NCBI GenBank assembly: GCA_029856145.1
Contig: JAHQWK010000012.1
Location: forward strand, 115,714-179,713
Direction: 5' to 3'
DNA: 64,000 nt
Origin: Promethearchaeia archaeon
GTDB taxonomy: Archaea > Asgardarchaeota > Lokiarchaeia > Sigyniarchaeales > SOKP01
The notes beneath the pieces are model-generated. The model saw nothing but the letters and a program-made list of their open reading frames with translations, had not been told where the DNA came from and did no database searches. The stretch's first letter is position 1; each line of letters begins with the position of its first letter. This document shows positions 18,802 to 29,076 of the stretch, in pieces. Both the position numbers and the translations under genes were made by a program.

Positions 18802-20205
18802 ATGATCATGGGTGGGCTCTTCGGTGTTTATTCAGATTCAGATTGTTTAGAAGATCTTTTTTATGGAACAGATTATCATTCTCATTTAGGAACAAGAAGA
18901 GGAGGATTAGCAGTAAAAAACTCAAGTGGTTTTCAAAGATTCATCAAAGATATCACAACAACTCAATTTAGATCTAAATTTGAGAAAGATATTAAGAAAA
19001 TGCATGGTAATAAAGGAATCGGGGTGATTAGCGATTATGATGATCAACCATTAATAATTAACTCACATTTAGGCGTATTTGCTATTTGTACTGTTGGAAA
19101 AATTAATAACATAGAAAATTTAGCAAAAAAAGCTTTAAAGAATGGATCTCATTTTTCAGAGATGCATGGAGGTGAAATAAACCCTACAGAATTGGTAGCA
19201 ACAATAATAAGCCAAGGTGATAGCTTTAAAGATGGAATTCAAGAAGTTCAAGATATGATAGATGGATCATGTACTATGCTTATATTAACAAGTGAAGGTA
19301 TTTATGCAGCTCGCGATAAACTTGGAAGAACCCCCCTTGTAATAGGAGAGAAATCTGGTTCTTATGCCGTTACAATGGAAACTTGTGCATTTCCAAATCT
19401 TGGGTATAAAATAACAAAATTTCTTGGACCAGGAGAAGTAATTTATATAAGTAAGAACGGTCTTGAACAAAAAATCACACCTGGTAACCGAATGCAAATA
19501 TGTGGCTTTTTATGGGTGTATTATGGATATCCAGCATCAAATTATGAGAATATTAATGTAGAAGTTGTTCGTTATAAATGCGGCTCTTATTTAGCAAAAA
19601 ATGATGAAACCCAAGTTGATCTTGTTGCGGGTATTCCTGATTCTGGTACTGGACACGCTTTAGGTTATGCAAGCGAAGCAAAAATTCCTTTCTCACGACC
19701 ATTTGTAAAATATACTCCAACTTGGCCCCGTAGTTTCATGCCTCAAGATCAATCTATTAGGGACGAAGTTGCGAAGATGAAACTCATCCCGATTAAAGAA
19801 CTCATTAACCAAAAGCGTTTACTTTTCTGTGAAGATTCAATTGTGAGAGGGACACAACTTAAGAAGACAATTCAAAGGTTGTATGAATATGGAGCCAAGG
19901 AAGTCCATATGAGACCTGCATGCCCCCCACTAGTTTATAGCTGCAAATTTCTAAATTTTTCGCGGTCTCGTTCAGAATTAGATTTAGCGGGACGGTGGGC
20001 AATAAAAGAACTAATTGGAAGAAATATTGATAATCCCATTGAGTATACTGACCCTGATTCTGATAATTACAAAGCTATGGTTGAGGTTATACGTAAAAGG
20101 TTGGGATTGACGACCTTACAATACCAGAGGCTTGAAGATTTAATTAACGCCATAGGATTACCAAAGGAAAAGATATGCACGTATTGTTGGGATGGTATAG
20201 AATAA
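18802..20205 (+). CDS. purF: Amidophosphoribosyltransferase-like protein lacking the N-terminal Cys
   Basis: MGGLFG start, ARDKLGRTPL, PDSG, EDSIVRGT, CTYC. Confidence 0.85.
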   Translation: MIMGGLFGVYSDSDCLEDLFYGTDYHSHLGTRRGGLAVKNSSGFQRFIKDITTTQFRSKFEKDIKKMHGNKGIGVISDYDDQPLIINSHLGVFAICTVGKINNIENLAKKALKNGSHFSEMHGGEINPTELVATIISQGDSFKDGIQEVQDMIDGSCTMLILTSEGIYAARDKLGRTPLVIGEKSGSYAVTMETCAFPNLGYKITKFLGPGEVIYISKNGLEQKITPGNRMQICGFLWVYYGYPASNYENINVEVVRYKCGSYLAKNDETQVDLVAGIPDSGTGHALGYASEAKIPFSRPFVKYTPTWPRSFMPQDQSIRDEVAKMKLIPIKELINQKRLLFCEDSIVRGTQLKKTIQRLYEYGAKEVHMRPACPPLVYSCKFLNFSRSRSELDLAGRWAIKELIGRNIDNPIEYTDPDSDNYKAMVEVIRKRLGLTTLQYQRLEDLINAIGLPKEKICTYCWDGIE

Positions 20206-20217
20206 AGAAAAAATTGA

Positions 20218-21741
20218 TTAAGCTCTACTTTTAACAATTGATTTTTCCAATTCAGCTAATTTTTGTACAGATTTTAATGGATAATTTCCTGTTAAACACG
20301 CTAAGCATAATTGATTTTTATTCTTTCCAATAGCATTAGTTAAACCGTCAATAGTTTGATATAATAATGTATCTGGTCCAATTTTTTTTTGAATCTCTTC
20401 TAAATATTTTTCACCATAGAGGTTTCGAAATCTTCCAGCAATTAATTCATTTTTTGTAGGAAAATCGATTCCCATATAGCATGGACTAATAATAGGGGGA
20501 CAGCTTATACGTAAATGAACGCGCTTAGCCCCTCCTTTCTCCTTTAATAATGAAACGATTTGCTGGGTTGTTGTTCCTCTCACAATAGAATCATCTAAAA
20601 GAATAATATCTTTACCATTAACAACGTTTTTAATAGGGTTTAATTTTTCTTTTACAGCAATTTTGCGTTTTAATTGACCAGGCATGATGAAGGTTCTATG
20701 CACATATCTATTCTTCATTAACCCTTCTTCGTAGGGAAGATTAGCTTCTTTTGCATATCCCACAGCAACACCTCGCCCAGAATCTGGAACTGGAACAACT
20801 ATTGCATTTTCTCTTATTTCGTGATTATTTAAGATGGGATCGTTTTTTGCTAAATGCATTCCTAAACGTAATCTTGCCTCTGCAACTGAAACACCATCGA
20901 TAACTGAATCTGGTCTTGCGAAATATACATATTCAAATTGACATATAGCTGTTTTGTTTGTTTTAATTATCAATTCTGAATGAATATCTTTTTGATGGCT
21001 TAGATGTACGATTTCTCCTGGTTTTACATCTCGTAAGAGTTTTCCTCCAACTACATCTATCGCACATGATTCAGATGCAACAAAATATATATTTCTTTGT
21101 TCTGATTTTAATTCACCAATACATAACGGCTTGAATCCCAAGGGATCTCTCATAGCATAGATATCTCCATCAGCAGTCATAAGTATTAGAGAATAAGAGC
21201 CATCCAATATCCTACTCGCTAATCTTAATATTTCTGGCCAATCTTCAGTCCCTAATGCTATTGATCCAATTAATTGTGCCATCACTTCAGTATCAGTATC
21301 AGTGATAAAAACACGCCCCATATTATCCATATTCTTTTTGATTTCATCAAAGTTTGCTATAGTTCCATTAAAAGCCATAGAAAACTCAATTTCATTATTT
21401 TTAAAATGAAAAGGTTGCATATAATCAGTTGATTTATATCCAACCGCTCCTGTAGTTGCATACCTATTATGCCCAATTCCTACATTTCCCCAATATTGCG
21501 AAATTATTTTATCTTCTAAAACTTTCGAAACTAATCCATTTTTTTTATAAGTAAATATTTTTCCCCCAGTTTTTAAAATAGATATACCTGTAGATTCTTG
21601 TCCTCTATGCTGCAAAGCAATTAAACCTTGATACAAAAGCTTTGAGACAGAATAACCGAGATCATCACAAGTTACACCAAAAATAGCACAATTTTCTCTA
21701 GGTTTTTCTCTCATTTTTTGTCCTTTTTTTTTAAGAAGCAT
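20218..21741 (-). CDS. purF: Amidophosphoribosyltransferase (canonical, with propeptide)
   Basis: PRENCAIFG, QHRGQES, GHNRYAT, DDSIVRGTT, CLAC. Confidence 0.94.
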   Translation of the reverse strand: MLLKKKGQKMREKPRENCAIFGVTCDDLGYSVSKLLYQGLIALQHRGQESTGISILKTGGKIFTYKKNGLVSKVLEDKIISQYWGNVGIGHNRYATTGAVGYKSTDYMQPFHFKNNEIEFSMAFNGTIANFDEIKKNMDNMGRVFITDTDTEVMAQLIGSIALGTEDWPEILRLASRILDGSYSLILMTADGDIYAMRDPLGFKPLCIGELKSEQRNIYFVASESCAIDVVGGKLLRDVKPGEIVHLSHQKDIHSELIIKTNKTAICQFEYVYFARPDSVIDGVSVAEARLRLGMHLAKNDPILNNHEIRENAIVVPVPDSGRGVAVGYAKEANLPYEEGLMKNRYVHRTFIMPGQLKRKIAVKEKLNPIKNVVNGKDIILLDDSIVRGTTTQQIVSLLKEKGGAKRVHLRISCPPIISPCYMGIDFPTKNELIAGRFRNLYGEKYLEEIQKKIGPDTLLYQTIDGLTNAIGKNKNQLCLACLTGNYPLKSVQKLAELEKSIVKSRA

Positions 21742-21855
21742 GATATTCGTAATCGTAAATTTGAGAGAAGCAATTTAATTATCTTCAATTAATTTAAATC
21801 ATATATAATTTTTAATTATTAGTTTATTAAAATATTAGATATTTCGTGGAAAAAA

Positions 21856-22527
21856 TTGTCAATGATAAGTATTGATCCTAAATATCTTGCTATTGCGATA
21901 TTAGTTGGAGGAAAAAGCACTCGATTTGGAAGTGATAAAGGACTTTATGAAATCCTCGGAAAACCATTAATATCATATTTACTTGAAAATTTATTTCAAA
22001 ATAAATTCGACATTTTTATTGTTGCTCATTCGAATAGACAAGTTCAAAATTATATCAATAAAATTGATATTAGAAAAATTGTCGCTTTTATTATCGACGA
22101 TCAAATACTTTCATTAAAAACAAATAAACACTCACCAATGATTGGTTTATATTCTGCTTTTAAAGAATTAAATAAATTAAGTTATGAAAAAACATTGGTA
22201 TTGCCGTGTGATACTCCTTTAGTTCAAAAAAATGTAATAAATTTACTAATAGAGGAATCTAAAGAATATGACTGTTGTATACCAAGATGGAATAATGGCT
22301 TTCTTGAACCTCTTATAGCAGTTTATCCAATTGAAAAATCTTTTAAAAGAGCAGGAGAGATTTTGAAAGGAAATAATTATAAACTGACTAACCTCCTAGC
22401 AGAAGATTGGAAGATTAATTATATCTCAATAGAGAATTCAATCCAACCTTTAGATCCACAATTGCTCTCTTTTTTTAATATTAATGAACAATCAGAGCTA
22501 GAAATGATTAAAAAAAAATTCAAATAA
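21856..22527 (+). CDS. mobA: Molybdenum cofactor guanylyltransferase
   Basis: LVGGKSTRFGSDK, PCDTP, EPL, FFNIN. Confidence 0.88.
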   Translation: MSMISIDPKYLAIAILVGGKSTRFGSDKGLYEILGKPLISYLLENLFQNKFDIFIVAHSNRQVQNYINKIDIRKIVAFIIDDQILSLKTNKHSPMIGLYSAFKELNKLSYEKTLVLPCDTPLVQKNVINLLIEESKEYDCCIPRWNNGFLEPLIAVYPIEKSFKRAGEILKGNNYKLTNLLAEDWKINYISIENSIQPLDPQLLSFFNINEQSELEMIKKKFK

Positions 22528-22589
22528 TCATTAAATTGAATACTTTTAAAATAAGAATTTTAAAAAAAAAAAAGAGAATTTATTTTGTT

Positions 22590-23084
22590 TTAAAAATCAT
22601 CAGGACCCATTATTCCGCCAATTAGGCCTAAAACACCGCCACCGAGTAAAAGGTATGTGCCTAGTCCAACTGTAGCAAAAATACTTCCCCCAAGACCTAC
22701 ATGAAGTGGGATGATCCCTTCAACTAAAGGAAGATTCACGAAAACAGTGACACCTAAGAGAAGATCTCCTGTAAAAACCATATAAAAACTTAAGAGGAAC
22801 CATACACTCATAAATATCGCAAAAACAGAACCAATTATACCAATTGCTCGACTCTTCACTCCTAATATTATTAAGAGCCCTGAGAACATAAGGATAATAC
22901 CTAATATGGCAAATACTATGGCTAATGCTATACCTGATCCGAAGACATCACCAATGTTCAAAAATAAACCTAGACCATAGAAATAAGCACCAGGAAGAAG
23001 GGGAAAATCTCCAAATGAAAATAGGTAGCAAGCTAAAAGTGTGACTATTCCTCCAAGGATACAAAATATTTTTCCAGCACCCAT
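22590..23084 (-). CDS. Hypothetical multi-TM membrane protein
   Basis: Gly-rich hydrophobic segments. Confidence 0.7.
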   Translation of the reverse strand: MGAGKIFCILGGIVTLLACYLFSFGDFPLLPGAYFYGLGLFLNIGDVFGSGIALAIVFAILGIILMFSGLLIILGVKSRAIGIIGSVFAIFMSVWFLLSFYMVFTGDLLLGVTVFVNLPLVEGIIPLHVGLGGSIFATVGLGTYLLLGGGVLGLIGGIMGPDDF

Positions 23085-23316
23085 ATATTTACACTTCTTT
23101 ATTTGTTTTAATTTTAATTTTTAATATTAGATAGATTAACACACATATATAATATTAATCTAATTTTAACAAAATGGTGTTACATAAATAGATTTGGATT
23201 AAAAGCTAATTATTAATTATAACAATATGTAAGTAATATCAATTAGTTGAATTTCAGATTTCTTAATTATTTTTATTTGAGTATAAAAAACTAGTTTATT
23301 TAAGCTGAAAATTAAT

Positions 23317-23697
23317 TTAATGTTCCATAATTAAATCATTATTTACAATCTGCCGAATCATTATTAATAATTGCTGCATTTTGAATGGTTTATCAAGAAA
23401 AGCACATGCACCAATTGATTTAGCTTCTTCCTTTACAGTAATATCAGCGCTGGCGAAAATAATTTTTTCATTTTTGTTTATTTTCAAAATCTCAGCCATA
23501 GTGTCGAGCCCATTTTTTATCGGCATTCTATGGTCCATCAAGATTATATCCGGCTTCAATTCTAATTTATTATATTTTTCAATAGCATCTTTACCATTTA
23601 TTGCAGTAGCTATTATCTCAAAACCCGCTTCTTTTAATATCAAGGCATAAAGCCGTTGGAGTGATTGGTCATCATCGACGATAAAAATTTTTATCAT
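23317..23697 (-). CDS. Single-domain response regulator (receiver)
   Basis: IVDDD, LMDHRMP, KPF. Confidence 0.93.
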   Translation of the reverse strand: MIKIFIVDDDQSLQRLYALILKEAGFEIIATAINGKDAIEKYNKLELKPDIILMDHRMPIKNGLDTMAEILKINKNEKIIFASADITVKEEAKSIGACAFLDKPFKMQQLLIMIRQIVNNDLIMEH

Positions 23698-23997
23698 AGA
23701 GAAATACCTGATACCTTTAAGGAAACAACAATTTACTTAATTTATGTTAGTACTAACAACCCATCATTTATTTTTTTAAACAAACTAAAAATGAAAATAC
23801 TTTTATTTAAGTTTAAACATAAATAAAAAAACTGCATATTGTAATCAAAATACTCTAAAATATATTTCAGTAATTTGTTTAAAATTTATAATAAATCTTT
23901 ATAAAAATAATAGATTCTTTAAATTATTGGATTTATTCTAAATGATATAAATTGCAAAACAGTAGCAAGAACATGGAAATTACATAGGAAAATTACG

Positions 23998-25719
23998 ATG
24001 AAAGATTTAATAATAAAAAATGGCTTAGTATACGACCCATTAAACAATATCGATGGTGAAAAGAAGGAGATCCATATTAAAGATGGTATTGTCGTAGAAA
24101 AAGGTAATAGTGATGCGAAAGTAATTGATGCCTCTGGAATGATTGTTATGCCAGGAGGAGTCGATATCCATTCGCATATTGCAGGAACAAAAGTAAATGC
24201 TGGGCGTTCCTTTCGACCTGAGGATAAACTTGAAGAATTTAATGAAAAGAGAACGAAATTAACTCGAAGCGGAACTGGTTGGTCAGTACCCTCAACTTGG
24301 GCAACCGGATACCGTTATGCTAAATTGGGTTATACCACTGTTGTTGAACCCGCAATGCCATTACTTAAAGCAAGACATACACATGAAGAATTTTTGGATA
24401 TTCCGATTATAGATAAGGCTGCTTTTCCTCTTTTTGGAAATAATTGGTTCGTAATGGAATATGTTAAAGAAAAGAATTATCAAAAACTTGCTGCCTACAT
24501 TGCTTGGATATTAAAAGCTGTAAAAGGTTATGCGGTAAAGATTGTAAACCCCGGCGGAGTAGAAAATTGGGCATGGGGCAAGAATGTTAACTCGTTAGAT
24601 GATCACGTATTTCATTTTGAAGTCAGTCCAAGAGAGATTGTTGAAAGTTTAGCAAAAGTCAATGAAATCTTAAAGTTACCCCATACAATTCATGTCCATG
24701 CCAACAATTTAGGACACCCCGGGAATAAAGAACATACACTTGAAACATTTAAAGCTGTTGATAAAATTAAACCAAAAACAGGGAGAAAATCAGCATTTCA
24801 TCTCACACATTGTCAATTTAATGCATATGGGGGCACTAACTGGGGTAATTTTGAATCTGGTGCCGCTGATATCGCTGAATATTTAAATTCACACAATCAT
24901 ATTACTGTTGATGCAGGTCAAGTTATCTTTGGGAAAGCTGCAACAACAACAATGACCGCGGACGGGCCTTGGGAGTTCGCACTTCACCATATAGGCGGTA
25001 CTAGTGGATGGGGAGCACGTCCTGGAATTAAATGGATAAATGGGCAAGTAGAAGGAGAATCTGGTTCAGGAATCGTCCCATATTTCTTTTCACCAAAAGT
25101 AGCTGTTAATGCAGTTCAATGGGCAGTAGGGTTAGAGTTAATGCTATTAACTAAGAATCCGTGGCAAATTTTTATGACAACTGATCACCCAAATGGTGGA
25201 CCATTTACTTCTTATCCTCAAATTGTTCGCTGGTTAATGGATAAAAAATCGAGAGATGATGTTCTTCTAAATCAATGTTCTAAAAAAGCCTCTGAAAAGT
25301 CTCAATTAAAAGATATTGATCGCGAATTGAATTTGTATGAAATATGCATAGTTTCACGAGCAGGTACAGCTAAATGTTTAGGGATGACAGACAGAGGACA
25401 TTTAGGGAAGGGGGCAATTGGTGATGTTGCTATATATAATTTAGATCCTAAAAAAATGAATGGGCATACGATAGAAAAAGCGTTTACTTTAGCAGCTTAT
25501 ACAATTAAAGATGGACAGATTGTTGTTAAAGATGGTGAAATTACAGCTACTCCTATGGGTACAACAATTTGTGCAGAAGGAAAAGTTAAAGATGGGGTTA
25601 TGGAGGCTATGCTTGATGATGTTAAAGCTCATTGGCGTAATCATTATAGCATTAACTTCAACAACTACGCGATTGGTGACTATTATACTCCAAAAATTAA
25701 AATTATGAATGGTACCTAA
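23998..25719 (+). CDS. fwdA: Formylmethanofuran dehydrogenase subunit A
   Basis: DIHSHIAG, KIVNPGG, HANNLG, TTDHPNGGPF. Confidence 0.95.
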   Translation: MKDLIIKNGLVYDPLNNIDGEKKEIHIKDGIVVEKGNSDAKVIDASGMIVMPGGVDIHSHIAGTKVNAGRSFRPEDKLEEFNEKRTKLTRSGTGWSVPSTWATGYRYAKLGYTTVVEPAMPLLKARHTHEEFLDIPIIDKAAFPLFGNNWFVMEYVKEKNYQKLAAYIAWILKAVKGYAVKIVNPGGVENWAWGKNVNSLDDHVFHFEVSPREIVESLAKVNEILKLPHTIHVHANNLGHPGNKEHTLETFKAVDKIKPKTGRKSAFHLTHCQFNAYGGTNWGNFESGAADIAEYLNSHNHITVDAGQVIFGKAATTTMTADGPWEFALHHIGGTSGWGARPGIKWINGQVEGESGSGIVPYFFSPKVAVNAVQWAVGLELMLLTKNPWQIFMTTDHPNGGPFTSYPQIVRWLMDKKSRDDVLLNQCSKKASEKSQLKDIDRELNLYEICIVSRAGTAKCLGMTDRGHLGKGAIGDVAIYNLDPKKMNGHTIEKAFTLAAYTIKDGQIVVKDGEITATPMGTTICAEGKVKDGVMEAMLDDVKAHWRNHYSINFNNYAIGDYYTPKIKIMNGT

Positions 25720-25792
25720 ATTCTTTCTATTTTTGCTTATTATTTGAGAAAAAAAAAAATATAGGTTAAATTAGAGAAGAAGAACAAAACTA

Positions 25793-26047
25793 TTATAATA
25801 ACTTTGTTACTTTTTCACTCCAGTTAGACTTATTTGTTCCAGCCATAGCGAATCCATTTGGTAGCATATTTGGAGGTACAAATTGTGAACTTCCCAAGAT
25901 TTGGCTTATTTTTTTCCTTACACATTGATCTTGTTTCCTTCCCTTACAAAACATGTAAATAAAACCTTTCAATGCTAAGTGCTTACTTTTATCATTTTCA
26001 AACATTTTGAAGAAATTACAATTCTCCAAATTTTGGCATTCAGACAT
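25793..26047 (-). CDS. Small Cys-rich uncharacterised protein
   Basis: Cx5CxFF...FCxG...CxR...VPxNMLPNG. Confidence 0.7.
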   Translation of the reverse strand: MSECQNLENCNFFKMFENDKSKHLALKGFIYMFCKGRKQDQCVRKKISQILGSSQFVPPNMLPNGFAMAGTNKSNWSEKVTKLL

Positions 26048-26494
26048 TTTTTATCATTTGAATTAAAAATTATTTTGAATAATTATTTAATAAAGATAAA
26101 AAAAACCTCTGGTTATATTATCATTTAGAATAAATTAATTGTATGTAGCAATATCGCATAATAATTCAAAAAAAAATTATAAATGGACTTTAAATTTACT
26201 CTTTTTAATTCATTTTAAAGAGAAGAAAGATAAAGAAAAAATATTTTATTTTCTTAAATTGCCTTTGTGATTAGATCCATTCTAATATTGATGAACATCC
26301 AAGACCTTTTTTATCTTCAATCCTGCCATGAACAATAAATGTATCACCTTCATATCCACACTCAGGACATTTATTTTTTGATACTAATTCTACTAAATCT
26401 TGAGAATATGATTTAATTTTTAAAGCTAAGTAAAAACTAAATAAGTTAGATTATGATAGTTTTCATAATATATTTTGGATAAATAATAAATAAA

Positions 26495-26800
26495 TTGATG
26501 TTAAAGATGCAAAATGAAGATTTGATGAAATTATTAGCTGTTCTCGGTGGAGTTATCGCGATAATTGAAGCAATTTTGGGATTTAATGATAAGAATATAG
26601 AAACCACGCGAATAATTTTGTTAGTAATAGCTATAATTCTAGGAGTGATTATCATATTAAGTGTGGTTATACCTCATAAGTTTATAGATTTGAATTGGAT
26701 CATTTGTGTGGTAGTAGGTATTGTTATGATTATATACATAAGTACAATTGGTGGAGTTCTGATATTAATTGCTGGCTTTGTAGGATATACTGAAAGATAA
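26495..26800 (+). CDS. Small membrane protein
   Basis: Three to four hydrophobic helices; start may be ATG 26507. Confidence 0.65.
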   Translation: MMLKMQNEDLMKLLAVLGGVIAIIEAILGFNDKNIETTRIILLVIAIILGVIIILSVVIPHKFIDLNWIICVVVGIVMIIYISTIGGVLILIAGFVGYTER

Positions 26801-26831
26801 TATTATCTAAAAATTAGAAATATAAAAATAG

Positions 26832-26953
26832 AGCCAGTGATGGGAATTTCATGCTTCATTTATCCAATAAAGTATTTTGAACCCATGATGAATGGCTTTC
26901 TTCTTCAGAAAAGAAGTCTGCAGGCCATCGCCTTACGACTCGGCAACACTGGC
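26832..26953 (-). tRNA. tRNA-Cys(GCA) with two introns (26898-26917 at 37/38; 26846-26875 at 59/60)
   Basis: Acceptor GCCAGTG/CACTGGC, U73 discriminator, anticodon stem ATGGC/GCCAT, T stem ATGGG/CCCAT. Removing 20+30 nt leaves a 72-nt cloverleaf. Confidence 0.92.
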
Positions 26954-27179
26954 TTATAAGCTTTAAAATCGAATTCTATTTTAAAATTTTGTGTGTGTTA
27001 TATAAAAAGTTATTCTTGATTTTTTTTTAGCTTTTCTATTATAAAGAATTATAATATTATTAAGCCCAAACTTTCAACCGATCTAAATTTTAATCATCAA
27101 TGAGTTTAAATTATCAAACCATATTATATATCTAGGGAAATTAGGTTTTAGAAAAGTAAATAGAATTAAGGGAGTTATA

Positions 27180-27782
27180 TTGAGCGATCTTATTTTAGTA
27201 TCAAAAGATCAAATAAAGCTAGCAAGTTATGTAATAAGTGAAGCGTTTTTTAATGATCCCTTAATGTTATATTTATTTCCTAAGCCAAAAGAAAGAAAAA
27301 TAAAATTAAAATCAATGATGGAGTTATTACTTCGCATTGGTATAAAATATGGAATAGTACATACAACATCAGCAAAATTAGAAGGGATTGCTATATGGTT
27401 TCCTTCTAATAAAGCGAAAATTACTACATGGATGGGACTTCTAAGTGGAGGAATTTCTTATTTCTTTAAGCTAGGGAGCAAAGCTGTTAAGAAACAGAAT
27501 AGACTTTATAATTACATTTTGACAAAACATATGAACCTCATGCCTTCATACCATTGGTATTTATCAATTATTGGTATAAATCCTATATATCAAGGAAAGG
27601 GATTTTCCAGTGTTTTATTTAATTCTATGTTTAATCAAATTGATAAACAGAATTTACCTTTTTTTCTCGATACTAATAATGAGGAAAATTTGCCCATATA
27701 TAACCGATTCGGGTTTAGGCTTCTTGAAGAATATCAAATACTAGACACCAATGTAGTTAATTGGGCAATGATTAGAGATTAA
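27180..27782 (+). CDS. GNAT N-acetyltransferase
   Basis: AFFNDP, WYLSIIGINPIYQGKG, LDT..N..YNRFGF. Confidence 0.88.
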   Translation: MSDLILVSKDQIKLASYVISEAFFNDPLMLYLFPKPKERKIKLKSMMELLLRIGIKYGIVHTTSAKLEGIAIWFPSNKAKITTWMGLLSGGISYFFKLGSKAVKKQNRLYNYILTKHMNLMPSYHWYLSIIGINPIYQGKGFSSVLFNSMFNQIDKQNLPFFLDTNNEENLPIYNRFGFRLLEEYQILDTNVVNWAMIRD

Positions 27783-27889
27783 TATTGAACAACTTGATTT
27801 AAACAGGAGAATTATATTAAATTAAAGAAAAGAATAAATGGCTTAGAATTTTAAATTATTCTTGATTAGATTCTTTTCTATTTGATACT

Positions 27890-28918
27890 ATGAAAGAAGA
27901 AAAAGCACAAAAAAAAAAAACTTTAATTGGGCTTGGTTTGGTATCAGGAGGTTTAGACAGTTTAACTGCTTGTCTTTTATTACAATTACAAGGAATTAAA
28001 GTTATTGGGTTAAACTTTACATCTCCCTTTTGCCAATACGGTAAAGATTCTGGTCAGTCTGAATGTAGATTGGATTTACTTGAAAAAAAACTGGGAATAG
28101 AATTACATTATTTACCATTAAACAATGATTATTTAGAAATCATCCGTAATCCTAAATTCGGCTATGGTAAAAATCTAAATCCCTGTATTGATTGCAGGAT
28201 ATATATTTTAAGAAAAGCAAAAGAATTTAAGGAAGAAATTAATGCTGATTTTATATTTACCGGCGAAGTTCTTAACCAACGACCAAAATCTCAACATATG
28301 AAGGCGCTTGAAATTGTAGAAAAAGAGGTTGGACTTGAAGGTAAACTTTTAAGACCATTGTCAGCTCATCAGTTAAAGCCAACTATATACGAAGAACAGG
28401 GTTTAATAGACCGAAAGAAATTGTTAGGAATAAAAGGGAGAAGTAGAAAAATTCAAATGGAATTGGCTAGAAAACATAGACTTTTAGAAAATTATTATGC
28501 TTGCGGGGGTTGTCTATTAACTGATAATAGTTTTACAAATCGGATGAGAGACTACTTAAAGTCTAATGAGAATCTGATATTGGAAGATATAAATATATTA
28601 AAATGTGGCCGTCATTTTCGGTATAAAAATTCTAAAATTATCGTGGGGAGAAATGAATCCGAAAATAATATGTTATTGAACCTTAAAAAACAAAAAGATT
28701 TGATACTTGAAGCGAAAGGTGTTCCAGGACCAATTACAATAATACAAGGAGAATTTGATGATGAGGCATTCAATTATGCTGCCATGTTAACACTAAGATA
28801 TTCCGATTTGTCTGAATCGATAGGGCAAGTTATTTTTGGAACTGATTATAACGATTTAAGCAATGAAAAGACGGTTAAAATAGAAAATGAAAAAAATTTG
28901 AAGAAACATATTTTATAA
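27890..28918 (+). CDS. ThiI/MnmA-like tRNA sulfurtransferase with C-terminal NFACT-R (DUF814)-like domain
   Basis: PP-loop SGGLDS, NPCIDCR, TGEVLNQRPKSQ, GGCLLT, VGRNESEN. Confidence 0.82.
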   Translation: MKEEKAQKKKTLIGLGLVSGGLDSLTACLLLQLQGIKVIGLNFTSPFCQYGKDSGQSECRLDLLEKKLGIELHYLPLNNDYLEIIRNPKFGYGKNLNPCIDCRIYILRKAKEFKEEINADFIFTGEVLNQRPKSQHMKALEIVEKEVGLEGKLLRPLSAHQLKPTIYEEQGLIDRKKLLGIKGRSRKIQMELARKHRLLENYYACGGCLLTDNSFTNRMRDYLKSNENLILEDINILKCGRHFRYKNSKIIVGRNESENNMLLNLKKQKDLILEAKGVPGPITIIQGEFDDEAFNYAAMLTLRYSDLSESIGQVIFGTDYNDLSNEKTVKIENEKNLKKHIL

Positions 28919-29076
28919 TACGCTTAACATTATGATTTTGTACATTTTACTATTACGAAAATGTTATAATAAGGTAAGATATAAATAAACCTACTCTTAT
29001 AAAGGATTTATAGTTCCCATAAGATATTTGCAATTTTCTTTAAATTGAAATTTCTTATGATTTTGGTGAATTTCAT

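Noticed and set aside
26832-26953. tRNA-Sec, suggested by the gene length
   Set aside because: The anticodon is GCA with U73 and a 7-bp acceptor stem; the extra length is explained by two introns.
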